From Candidatus Krumholzibacteriota bacterium (GTDB lineage Bacteria; Krumholzibacteriota; Krumholzibacteriia; JAJRXK01), in NCBI GenBank assembly GCA_963764625.1, contig CAVXTH010000006.1, positions 740,973 to 804,972 of the forward strand: 64,000 nt of DNA. Reading direction: 5' to 3'. The notes under the pieces were generated by a model. The model was given only the letters and a program-made list of their open reading frames with translations, was not told the DNA's origin and ran no database searches. The position numbers and the translations under genes are program-made. Below are positions 8,624-18,591 of this stretch, in pieces; position 1 is the first letter of the stretch; each line of letters starts with the position of its first letter.

Positions 8624-10125
8624 GAGTTCGGCATGCCTGCTTTCTGCTCCTGGTCGTGCTCTGCGGCTGCGGGAGACAGGACATGCGTGCTCGTTACCTG
8701 GCAGAGCGCGCGCGCTATTGGGCCGAGCGCGAGGCGATCAGTTTTTCCCTCGAAGCGGATCCCAAGATTCGCAGCGGATATTATCGCACCGGTCTCGCGT
8801 ACATCGAGGTGGCGCAGCGCGCCGATCCCAGCCAGGTGCACGGCAAGAGTGATCCGAAGATTCTCGCCGAGCTCTCCTCTCTCCAGGCCTGGGGGCGCAT
8901 CCAGTCGGGGGATGCCTTCCTGCGCGCCGGTCGCTTCGATCTGGCCGAAGTCCAACTCCGCGCGGCTCAGGAGGAGGGTCCCATGGTCCTGCGGCGACAG
9001 GCGGCGCTGCTGCGCGCGGAGTCGGCGCGCACGCAGGAACGATGGGAGGAGGCGATCACGTTTTATGGACAGTTTCAGGACCTCATGCAGGAGCCGCCGG
9101 TGCCCTCGACCCTCGACCCCCGAGTCCTGAGACTGCCTCTGGTCTTGGTGCAGGATCTCTTCGGCCGAGCAGACAGCGAGCTCGTGGAGAAAGCTCGACT
9201 CGAGGGGCATCGCTTCTATGCCTGGATCCAGAAGCAGTGGGCGGGCCAGCCCACCGGGGACAGGGCTGCCTTTCTGGACCACCGGTTGGACATCGCGACG
9301 CAGAAGTGGAAGGAGGCCGAGCTGAGTCTGAGCCGCTACGAGGCGCGTGACCTGTCCAGCGGGGACCGTTTGAACGCGCTCTTCGATCGGGCCGAGATCC
9401 TGGCCCATGGACTCGGCAAGCTCGCTCGCGCGGACTCCCTTTACTTGAGGGTCATTGAGGAGTCCGAAAACGAGACCCTGCGCGGCCTGGCCCATTTGCG
9501 ACGCGCGGAAGTTCTCCTGACGATGAAGCAGCCCGATGCCGCCATGCGCGAACTCGACAGCGTGGTGAGCGACTTTCCCAACGAGCGACGTCTCGCCGCG
9601 GCCGCGCTCCTGCGCAAGTCCGAAGTGCTTCTGGACAGCTCCGACTGGTCCGGTGCACAGAAGACGCTACGGCGCCTCATCCAACGCTATCCCGACACGG
9701 CCGCGGGCCTGCAAGCGCCGATGCACCTAGTGGATATCCAAGAACGACGGGGTGGCGGGAGCTCGGCCAGCAACGAGCTCCATCGCGCCGTCGAGCAGTA
9801 TCAGCGCTTGATCTCCGGCCACGCCTCGGCCGGCGCGGTCGGCCTCGAGGCGAGAGAGAACTCGGTGGATTGTCTGCTCCGATTGCACGAATACGAGGAC
9901 GCCCTGCGCCAGCTCGAGCAGATCCATCACATCCTCGGTCGCGACAAGAGAGGGGGTGAGGCGCTGCTGAGGGCGGCGGAGATTGCCCGCGACGATATGA
10001 AGAACCCCAGGCTGTGCCGCCTCTATCTGGAGTGGGTCGACGAGCAGGTACCGGGAAGCCGGGCTGCGCTTCGGGCGCGAGAAATGCTCGAGGAGATGGG
10101 TTTCACGCCCAAGAGTGGCAGCTGA
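8620..10125 (+). CDS. TPR-repeat lipoprotein (PrsT-like by context)
   Basis: ATGA overlap with the upstream stop. MRVRHACFLLLVVLCGCG lipobox. Helical repeat-rich sequence. Confidence 0.7.
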   Translation: MRVRHACFLLLVVLCGCGRQDMRARYLAERARYWAEREAISFSLEADPKIRSGYYRTGLAYIEVAQRADPSQVHGKSDPKILAELSSLQAWGRIQSGDAFLRAGRFDLAEVQLRAAQEEGPMVLRRQAALLRAESARTQERWEEAITFYGQFQDLMQEPPVPSTLDPRVLRLPLVLVQDLFGRADSELVEKARLEGHRFYAWIQKQWAGQPTGDRAAFLDHRLDIATQKWKEAELSLSRYEARDLSSGDRLNALFDRAEILAHGLGKLARADSLYLRVIEESENETLRGLAHLRRAEVLLTMKQPDAAMRELDSVVSDFPNERRLAAAALLRKSEVLLDSSDWSGAQKTLRRLIQRYPDTAAGLQAPMHLVDIQERRGGGSSASNELHRAVEQYQRLISGHASAGAVGLEARENSVDCLLRLHEYEDALRQLEQIHHILGRDKRGGEALLRAAEIARDDMKNPRLCRLYLEWVDEQVPGSRAALRAREMLEEMGFTPKSGS

Positions 10126-10153
10126 GCATGACTCGCCGCGCGTGCCTAAACGA

Positions 10154-10182
10154 TTGATTCCATAGTGTTGCGGTTCTAGACT
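10154..10182 (+). promoter_or_regulatory. sigma-70-like promoter TTGATT-17-TAGACT
   Basis: Hexamers at 10154-10159 and 10177-10182 with a 17-nt spacer, just upstream of the 10190/10214 start codons. Confidence 0.4.
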
Positions 10183-10213
10183 GTCCGCTGTGTCCACCAG
10201 CCGAAAGGGCCTC

Positions 10214-11329
10214 ATGCGCCAGATACTCCTGCTCTTGCTTCTCATTTTGCTCCTGCCGATTCGCGCGCGGGGGCAAGAGAAGTCACCCAATGCCTTTCGC
10301 ATAACTTCACAGGTGGCGGAGAGTGAGATTGTCCTGATCGGTGGCGGTCTCAAGCAGTCCTCCATGGCGCCGCTCGCGATCGATGAGCTCGCAACGGGGC
10401 GCTACGAAGTTCGGCTCTATCGCGGGGGAGTTCTCTGCGCGAAAACCACAATGGATGCGGGGGACAGACTGCGGCTTTCGGATCGTCGCGGAAGCCGGGT
10501 TCTGCTTTCCGCGATCGTTCCGGGCCTGGGTCAACTGCGCGATTTCCGATGGGGGTCGGGTTTGGTTCCCATGGCCGAAGTGGGGACCGCGATCGGACAG
10601 GCCTTCCGCTACTCCGCGAAGGTGCACGATCAACAGCAGGTCTTGGATACGGTGGTGGCGCAGACTTCATCCGCGGACAAACTAACCCCGGGCTACGGAC
10701 GGCTCTCGGCCCATTTGCAGGACAACGTCTGGCTGGAGGAACAGACCCGCAACAACTACGCCTACCTGGCACTCTACTCGCACGTGGGCAACATCCTCCA
10801 CGCAGCGGTACGGCGCGGCCCGTACCGTTTCGAGCTTTCAGGGACGCGGAGCGTCGCGGCCCGGTACCTACCGCCCTCGAAAACAAGCGTGGGATTTCTC
10901 TCGCTTCTCTACCCGGGCCTGGGGCAGACCCGCCTCGGCTACGAGACGCGCGGACTCTTGTGGTCCTCGCTGGGCTTCGTGGCCGGAATGACCCTGGTGG
11001 AGACCCAGCGCTTCCTCGATCAACGAACAGTGAGCGAGCAGGACGCCGGGCGGATCGTGGCCTTGGAAGCCGGACAGGGAGGAGTCACCCCCGAGGCTCT
11101 GGCCCGTTGGGCGACGGCGCAGGGAGATGTCGAGAGCGCGAAATCACGCAGGCGTGCGGTGATTTTCGGCATGGGAGCCCTCTGGATTCTGAATGTCGCG
11201 GATGCGATTTTCCTGGAGGACGACGCGCCGGTTCCCCTGGAAAACGGGCGAATCGGGGCGCTAGGAGTCGATTTGCGAGTCGCGTGGGTGGGAGAGGCCC
11301 CCGGTCTGAGTCTTGCCCGACGCTTCTGA
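10214..11329 (+). CDS. uncharacterised membrane protein with PEGA-like N-domain and repeated PGLGQ motifs
   Basis: ORF 10190..11329. ATG 10214 gives signal peptide MRQILLLLLLILLLPIRARG. A beta-rich domain (GRYEVRLYRGGVL) is followed by SAIVPGLGQ and SLLYPGLGQ motifs next to hydrophobic segments. Confidence 0.55.
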   Translation: MRQILLLLLLILLLPIRARGQEKSPNAFRITSQVAESEIVLIGGGLKQSSMAPLAIDELATGRYEVRLYRGGVLCAKTTMDAGDRLRLSDRRGSRVLLSAIVPGLGQLRDFRWGSGLVPMAEVGTAIGQAFRYSAKVHDQQQVLDTVVAQTSSADKLTPGYGRLSAHLQDNVWLEEQTRNNYAYLALYSHVGNILHAAVRRGPYRFELSGTRSVAARYLPPSKTSVGFLSLLYPGLGQTRLGYETRGLLWSSLGFVAGMTLVETQRFLDQRTVSEQDAGRIVALEAGQGGVTPEALARWATAQGDVESAKSRRRAVIFGMGALWILNVADAIFLEDDAPVPLENGRIGALGVDLRVAWVGEAPGLSLARRF

Positions 11330-11549
11330 TTTCAGCGGCCGGGATCTTGCCTGGCCGAAGGGGAAAGAACGAGCTAATCTCGTCCTTGACAAGATGGGGT
11401 GAGGCCTACCGGCGCCCGCTCCACTTCGTGGCCTTCCGGGCATGCCAGCAGAAGTCCCAGCTTCGAGCTCCAACCGGAAGATCACGGTCCAGATCAGCTC
11501 TCAGTTTCGAGTTGAGACGCTTGCCGGAATCGGTGTGGAAAGGTCCAGA

Positions 11550-12347
11550 ATGCAGCTCCACCCCTCGATGATCGAGCATGTGGGTACATCGCGAGCTTAC
11601 GACGCCCCGCAGCTGAAGTATCTCGGGAGCCCCATCCCTCTCTACGGGCAAGTTCCTCGCTGGAAGCGCGTCGTCAAGCGTGGCTTCGACATCGTCTTCT
11701 CCTTGGTGGGCTTGACCCTCTTTATCGTCCTCTTGCCCTTCCTCGCTCTGGCGATCAAGATCGAATCGCGTGGGCCGGTTTTCTACGGACAGATTCGGGT
11801 GGGTATCAACCGGCGCGGCCGTGAACGGCGGCGGGAAGAATCCGAGGCACCGGAAATCGGTGAAAGGCGCTGCCGGCAACAGAGTCGAGAAGTGCGCAAG
11901 GTCATTGCGGAAGGTCGACCCTTCCAGATCTGGAAACTGCGTACGATGTACATCAATTCCGAGTCGGAGGGGATGCGCTGGGCGAGCGAGAACGATCCAC
12001 GGATCACTCGCATCGGACGTCTCTTGCGTCTCACCCGCATGGATGAATTCCCGCAGTTCTACAACGTGCTACGTGGTTCGATGAGCGTGGTGGGTCCACG
12101 GCCCGAGCGGCCGCCGTTCATCTCGCTCCTCAGCCGCGAGGTCCCCGGCTATCTGGAGCGACTCCGCTTCAAGCCCGGGATCACCGGTCTCGCCCAGGTC
12201 GAGAGCGGCTACGACGAATCGCTCGATAGCGTGCACAGGAAAGTGGCCCTCGACCTGGAGTACATCACCAAGTTCGGTCTGCTGCGCGACCTCCGGCTCC
12301 TGGTGGCGACGGTTCGGGTCGTACTGACCGGGCGGGGGGCTCTCTAG
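11550..12347 (+). CDS. polyprenyl-phosphate glycosyl-1-phosphate transferase (bacterial sugar transferase, WbaP/EpsB type)
   Basis: ORF 11442..12347. ATG 11550 is preceded by GGAAAGG. KRGFDIVFSLVGLTLFIVLLPFLALAIKIESRGPVFY, WKLRTM, DEFPQFYNVLRGSMSVVGPRPERP. Confidence 0.85.
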   Translation: MQLHPSMIEHVGTSRAYDAPQLKYLGSPIPLYGQVPRWKRVVKRGFDIVFSLVGLTLFIVLLPFLALAIKIESRGPVFYGQIRVGINRRGRERRREESEAPEIGERRCRQQSREVRKVIAEGRPFQIWKLRTMYINSESEGMRWASENDPRITRIGRLLRLTRMDEFPQFYNVLRGSMSVVGPRPERPPFISLLSREVPGYLERLRFKPGITGLAQVESGYDESLDSVHRKVALDLEYITKFGLLRDLRLLVATVRVVLTGRGAL

Positions 12348-12365
12348 GGCGTTTTGCGCCTTTTG
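12347..12365 (+). terminator. short hairpin + T tract after the sugar transferase gene
   Basis: GGCG-ttttg-CGCC followed by TTTT. The stem is only 4 bp. Confidence 0.35.
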
Positions 12366-12460
12366 GTTGGCCCGCATCTCCTCGTTTCCCGTGAACGCCA
12401 TTCCCCCTCAGACCGTCCTGGACGGCTCAGTGCGGGCCGGCTGGGGAATTTAGCGCAGCT

Positions 12461-12475
12461 GGGCACGATCCTTGA
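12461..12475 (+). promoter_or_regulatory. candidate sigma-54-like element GGGCACG-N4-TTGA
   Basis: Nine of eleven defined consensus positions match, but the -12 GC is GA. Sits immediately upstream of the kinase region. Confidence 0.25.
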
Positions 12476-12622
12476 TGGACCATGACGTGAACTCCTGGGG
12501 GAGTGCTGCGAGCGTCATGATCCACCGCCTGTTCATCTTGTCCTATTTCCTTTTGCCCGCTGTCGCGTTCTCTCTGCGCGGGCGAGATCTCGGACTTTGC
12601 CGTCCTCGGCCTCTGTTGGGGC

Positions 12623-14550
12623 GTGGCCGCGGTCCTCTTTTTCTTCCACCGTCGGCATCTGCTCGCGAACTGCGCCCCGGCGCCGGCGGACTCCCACGAT
12701 GCGACGCGGGGCCACGGATTCCTCGATCTCTATCGCGGCCTCGGCACGGACTACTCCCGCCTGAAGCAGGGCTACGAGGACGCTCGCCTCCGTCTGGTGA
12801 ACACCAACATTCAGCTCTTGAGCGTGCGCGAGTTGTGGCAGGCTCTCGCGCGACCGGGGCGACTGGAACACACGGTGGACGGCGCCTTGGTCTACTGTCA
12901 TCGCGCCAGCGGGTTTCAAGAGGTCATGATCCTGCGCATCGAACGCCGGTCGCGCGAACTGGTGGGCCGGTGGCTTCATCCCGGCACCAACGGATCGGTG
13001 GTCGAAACCATGCGCTGGGCCCTCGGCGGTCTCGGTGGTACCGTCGCGCGGGCGATGCGCAATCCCAGCAGCCTCCTGGTGGAGGAGAGCCACGCCGAGT
13101 CGTTGTTGACGGTGAACGGGGAGTGCCCGGCCGGCTTTCAGGATCACGGAGCACATCTGGTGGTTCCGCTGCTGACCCCTCTTCCGCGTCACGAGTGCCT
13201 CAAGGGCGGATGGCTCTACCACGACGACTGTCCGGTGTTCGAGCTGGCTCCTTCCGAACAAATCCGTGAGAGCTTTCCCTCCACTGAGAGAGCGCTCGAT
13301 CTCACTCCGTGCATCTCCTGTCGTCACTATCCACTGTACGGCTTGATGGTGGTGACCGATCGGGCGCGTCCGGCGGGAATTCGCAAGGCGGATCAGCTGA
13401 CTCTGGAATCGCTGAGCTACGCGGTGAGCGCGGTCCTGCAGAACGCGAGTCTCTACCACGAACTCGAAATGGGGGAGAGCTTCCGCGACCAAATCCTCGA
13501 CGGGATGAGCAACGGCCTCATCACCACCGACGACCGCGGCCGCGTGATCTTTAGCAATCGCCGCGCGCAGGAACTGCTTTCGACTTCGGGGCGAACACTT
13601 GCGGGAAAGAAACTCGACTCGCTCCTGTGGGGCTTCCCGGCGGAATCTCCCGCCAAGGCCGCGCTCTTGGGAGGACAGCCGAATCTGCGCTGGGAAGGAC
13701 GCATGGGCCTTGAAGAAGAGAAGTCCATTCCCGTGCTCCTGACCCTGGCGAAATACCGCCGTGAGGAAGGCGGATTGGTTGGCGTTATCGCGGTGATCGA
13801 GGATCTCAGCGCAGTGCACCTGATGCAGGAGGAGATCCGGCATCTCGACACCCTCGCCGCCATCGGCCGTTTCGCCAGCAGCATGGCGCACGAGATTCGC
13901 AACCCCCTGGGTGGTATCAGCGCCGGGATGGACTATCTCGCCCGCAAGGGCACGTTCTCCCTGGATGAGGCCGAGAGCGTCGCCGTCATCCAGGAGGAAA
14001 TCCAGCGCCTGGACGGCATCATTCGCAATCTCTTCCAGGTGGCGCGACCTGCGCGTCTGCAGAAGCAAGAGACGCCGCCACTGGAAACCGCGCTGAGAAT
14101 TCACCGCAGCATCAAGGACTTGGCCGAGGAGCGGAGAGTGGAGATTCGCGTCGAATGCGCGGACACGCTGCCCAGCTACCACATCGATCGGGATCAGATC
14201 CACCAGGTTCTCTTCAACCTGCTCAAGAACGCGATCGAAGCCAGCGAAGAGGGTAGCACTGTCGTTCTCAAGGTGGAGAAGGCAGCCGGATCCCAACCGA
14301 AGCCCGAGCTCGAAGAGGCCATCGTCTTCGAAGTCATCGATACCGGTCCGGGGATCGAGCACGAGGATCTGGCGCACATCTTCGAACCGTTCTTTTCCAA
14401 GAAGGCTGAAGGCACGGGGCTCGGCCTCTTCGTCTCACACAACATCGTGGAGCGTCACGGCGGAACGCTCCAGGCGTTCAGTCGACCGGGCGAGGGAACC
14501 TGTATCCGGGTTCTCTTGCCCCTCGCGCCCTCAACCATCGGGAGCCACTC

Positions 14551-14554
<4 letters not shown>
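12623..14554 (+). CDS. sensor histidine kinase (GAF-like + PAS + HisKA + HATPase_c; PrsK-like by context)
   Basis: H-box FASSMAHEIRNPL, N-box LFNLLKNAIEA, G1 DTGPGI, G2 GTGLGL. The N-terminus is uncertain (see frameshift finding). Confidence 0.85.
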
Positions 14555-15948
<1,394 letters not shown>

Positions 15949-16019
15949 CGATGCACGAAGCGCACGGGTCAAAACGCGAGAGAGAGGCGGCTTGTCGCCC
16001 CGGCTCGCGTTTTTGCCGA

Positions 16020-16520
16020 GTGGGGAGGAGGGGAGGGTTGCTCTCTGTTCTCCTCGTGCTCACTTCTCTTCAGGGATGTGGTTACGGTCTGACTCCAGGC
16101 CGCGTGAAGCCGGGCCTTCAGAGCGTCGCGGTTCCCTACTTCGAAAACGAGACCACCGAACCCGAGCTCGAGGTTTCGCTCACCGACGCGATCATCGCAG
16201 GCATCGTCGCGGACCGAACTCTGCGCCTCACCGACGAGCAGCAAGCCGACGCGCTCATTCTGGGGAAGATCACCTACTTCAAAATCCAGGAGGTATTCTT
16301 CGCCGAGAATCGACAGGCGCAGGAATACGAAGTGCGCGTGGCCTGCGAAGTGAGCCTGGTCGACCGCGCCACCGGTGATATCATCGTCAAGCCCACGACC
16401 ATTCGCGGCAAAGGTGATTACTTCACCGACGAGGGCCCCGAGGGAGAGGATAACGCGCGCCAGCAGGCAGCCGACGAACTGGTGCGCGCGATTCTGGCCC
16501 TGGTGATCGAGGAGTGGTGA
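16020..16520 (+). CDS. lptE: LptE-like outer-membrane lipoprotein
   Basis: ORF 15951..16520. GTG 16020 gives (M)GRRGGLLSVLLVLTSLQGCG with a lipobox. VAVPYFENETTEPELEVSLTDAI resembles LptE. The conserved lptE-holA adjacency is present. Confidence 0.6.
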   Translation: MGRRGGLLSVLLVLTSLQGCGYGLTPGRVKPGLQSVAVPYFENETTEPELEVSLTDAIIAGIVADRTLRLTDEQQADALILGKITYFKIQEVFFAENRQAQEYEVRVACEVSLVDRATGDIIVKPTTIRGKGDYFTDEGPEGEDNARQQAADELVRAILALVIEEW

Positions 16521-17566
16521 TGGCGAGTCCGAAGATCCTCACCCCCGAAGAGCTGAGAAGTGCCTTGGCCAAGGAGGACCCACGGCCAGTGTATCTGCTC
16601 GCGGGACCGGATACCTGGAGGGCGGAGCGCACGGCGCAGTGGTTGAAGGAGAAAGTACTCGATCCGCAGTCGGCCGAATTCAACGCGCAAGTTCTGCAGG
16701 CCGACGAGTGTGTTCCCCAGGCCATCGTCGAGGCCGCCTCCGCCTATCCGATGTTCGGCACCCGGCGCTTCGTGTGGGTTCGTCATGCCGAGGCACTCGG
16801 CACCGGGTCGGCGATCGAAGGCCTCTTGAGCTACCTGGGGAGTCCTGCCGCCAGCACAGTGCTCGTCTTCACCAGCGCCAAGCTGGACAAACGCCTCAAG
16901 TTCACCACCGCCTGCGCGCGCGCCGGCTGCGCGGTGGATTTCCAGAACCTCAAGGGCTCCGCCATCCTCATGCAGGTGGCGCGCCAGGCGCAGTCCCTCT
17001 CGCTCACCCTCGAAAAGTCCGCCATCCACGAGCTGATCGATCTGGTGGGCGACGACCTCGGCGAACTGCAGACCGAGCTGGAAAAGCTGGCGCTCCTGCG
17101 GGAAGGGAACGCTCCCATCGGACCGAAAGAGGTGCGCCTCCTCGTTGCGCGCTCGCGCGACCTGGACGCCTTCGCGGTGGCGGATCTGCTCAGCGGGGAA
17201 GACCCCCTGCCGGCACTGCGCGCCTGGACCAAAGTTCGGGTGGGAGGGGGCGACCCCATCGGCACCGCCGCCATCCTCAGCTGGCGTCTGCGCCAACTCG
17301 CCTCCTTTCGCAGCGCCCTGGAGGGGGGAGAGAGCCCCGAATCGGCCGCCCGTCGCCTGGCGCTTCCGCCCTGGCAGGCGCGGCGCCTGGCGGCCCTGGC
17401 CCAGAGCTCGACCCTCGACCAATTGCAGCGAACCCTCTTCCACATGCGTCAGGCCGACCGCCGTGCCAAATCCTCCAGTCTGGGCGCTCCCCTGGCCTAT
17501 GATCTCGCCCTTCTGGCCTGGGCGGTGGAGTCCCTCACGGGCGTCCGTACAACGCGCCGGCCTTGA
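16520..17566 (+). CDS. holA: DNA polymerase III delta subunit
   Basis: ATG 16520 overlaps the lptE TGA, with GAGGAG 5 nt upstream. PVYLLAGPD... N-terminus and length fit HolA. Confidence 0.8.
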   Translation: MASPKILTPEELRSALAKEDPRPVYLLAGPDTWRAERTAQWLKEKVLDPQSAEFNAQVLQADECVPQAIVEAASAYPMFGTRRFVWVRHAEALGTGSAIEGLLSYLGSPAASTVLVFTSAKLDKRLKFTTACARAGCAVDFQNLKGSAILMQVARQAQSLSLTLEKSAIHELIDLVGDDLGELQTELEKLALLREGNAPIGPKEVRLLVARSRDLDAFAVADLLSGEDPLPALRAWTKVRVGGGDPIGTAAILSWRLRQLASFRSALEGGESPESAARRLALPPWQARRLAALAQSSTLDQLQRTLFHMRQADRRAKSSSLGAPLAYDLALLAWAVESLTGVRTTRRP

Positions 17567-17660
17567 CATCCGGGCCCTCCGCCGTACCTTGGCCGCATCC
17601 CAGGGGCCCTCAGACGAAGTCGGTCCTAGTGCGTACTTTTCAGGGAATAGGAGTAGCTCC

Positions 17661-17987
17661 ATGGCAGCACCCGTCGCGGTCGACACCCAGACCTTCCCGG
17701 CCGAGGTCCAGAAGGCCACTGGCCTCGTCATCGTCGATTTCTGGGCTCCCTGGTGCGGTCCGTGCCGCATCATCGGACCGGTCCTCGAGGAGATTGCCAA
17801 GGAGCAGGCCGCGACCGTCAAGGTGGCCAAGGTGAACGTCGACGAGAACCAACAGCTCGCCGGCCAGTTCAGCATCATGAGCATCCCGACACTTTTGTTC
17901 TTCAAAGACGGCAAGGTGGTCGAGCAGATCGTGGGCGCGGTGCCCAAGGACAAGATCCTGCAGACCATCGAGCGCCACAGCTCCTGA
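17661..17987 (+). CDS. trxA: thioredoxin
   Basis: AGGAG lies 7 nt before ATG 17661. WAPWCGPCR active site. About 108 aa. Confidence 0.95.
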   Translation: MAAPVAVDTQTFPAEVQKATGLVIVDFWAPWCGPCRIIGPVLEEIAKEQAATVKVAKVNVDENQQLAGQFSIMSIPTLLFFKDGKVVEQIVGAVPKDKILQTIERHSS

Positions 17988-18043
17988 GCCTAAGGTAGTT
18001 TCCTTAATTCCCGTTCGAACAGCCTGTCGATACATGAGTTCCA

Positions 18044-18074
18044 GGGGAGGGGAATTGGGATTCCTCTCCCTTTG
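18044..18074 (+). terminator. intrinsic terminator of trxA
   Basis: GGGAGGGGAAT-tggg-ATTCCTCTCCC (11 bp with one G-U pair) followed by TTT. Confidence 0.6.
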
Positions 18075-18087
18075 TGGAAACTATAGT

Positions 18088-18115
18088 AGTTAACATAATG
18101 TATCTTATGCGCAAT
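18088..18115 (-). other. dif: dif chromosome-dimer resolution site (XerC/XerD target)
   Basis: Minus strand reads ATTGCGCATAA-GATACA-TTATGTTAACT. E. coli dif is GGTGCGCATAA-TGTATA-TTATGTTAAAT. XerC arm 9/11, XerD arm 10/11. Lies in an AT-rich non-coding gap where gene orientation converges. Confidence 0.8.
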
Positions 18116-18192
18116 CTTAGGTAAGGCCATGGCCCCAGGCCGAAGGACTCCGCAGGGCCTTCCCTCGCCAGCTCGTCCGCAGGAAAGGGTTC

Positions 18193-18573
18193 TCAGTCGC
18201 TGACCGGGATCTTCTCGGCGTAGTCCTCGAGCACGGGGATCCGGAAGGATTCTCCGGCCAAGGCCTTCACGAAACCCAGGATACTCAACACCAGGAATCC
18301 GGCGAAGGCCGCCAGCTCGAGCAGGATCTCCACCAGGAAGCCCAGGACGGGAATCCTCCCCACCGTGTTGCTGATGATGAGGAGGAAGCAAATCACGGCT
18401 GCTTCGACCAAGAAGAGCGCGAAGGCCTGGCGGGCGTGCTGCGTCAGGAAGGCGCTCTTGTTCTTGCGGCTCAGGGAGAAGAGAGAAACCGGACCCAGGT
18501 AGGCGATCGCCGCCAGCCAGCGCTGTTTGGTCTCCCCGATGGAATGCGGAAGGATGGGTTCGTGATCGGTCAT
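18193..18573 (-). CDS. small membrane protein (DUF4870-like)
   Basis: WLAAIAYLGP...FLTQHARQAFALFLVE motif and 3 TM helices. Confidence 0.55.
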   Translation of the reverse strand: MTDHEPILPHSIGETKQRWLAAIAYLGPVSLFSLSRKNKSAFLTQHARQAFALFLVEAAVICFLLIISNTVGRIPVLGFLVEILLELAAFAGFLVLSILGFVKALAGESFRIPVLEDYAEKIPVSD

Positions 18574-18591
18574 CGTGCTTTTCCTCGCCTA

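Noticed and set aside
12472-13269. 265-aa ORF overlapping the kinase gene in another frame.
   Set aside because: Only the first ~35 codons look like real coding sequence (a TM helix with GC-rich third positions). The rest is Arg/Pro/Gly junk. I interpret it as the displaced 5' end of the kinase, not a separate gene.
12533-14377. Very long antisense ORFs opposite recognised genes. Examples: 12533-14377, 16418-17968, 27728-29155, 35742-37301, 30203-31459, 49791-51047, 56952-58460 and 62121-63395.
   Set aside because: Their translations are Arg/Gly/Pro/His-rich low-complexity sequence with no recognisable motifs. Each lies opposite a gene with clear homology. Stop-poor antisense frames are expected in GC-rich coding DNA.
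18044-18051. GGGGAGGG (fits the E. coli KOPS pattern GGGNAGGG) pointing toward dif.
   Set aside because: It is a single occurrence that also forms the trxA terminator stem. The same octamer occurs in the opposite sense at about 24394. The KOPS motif of this lineage is unknown.
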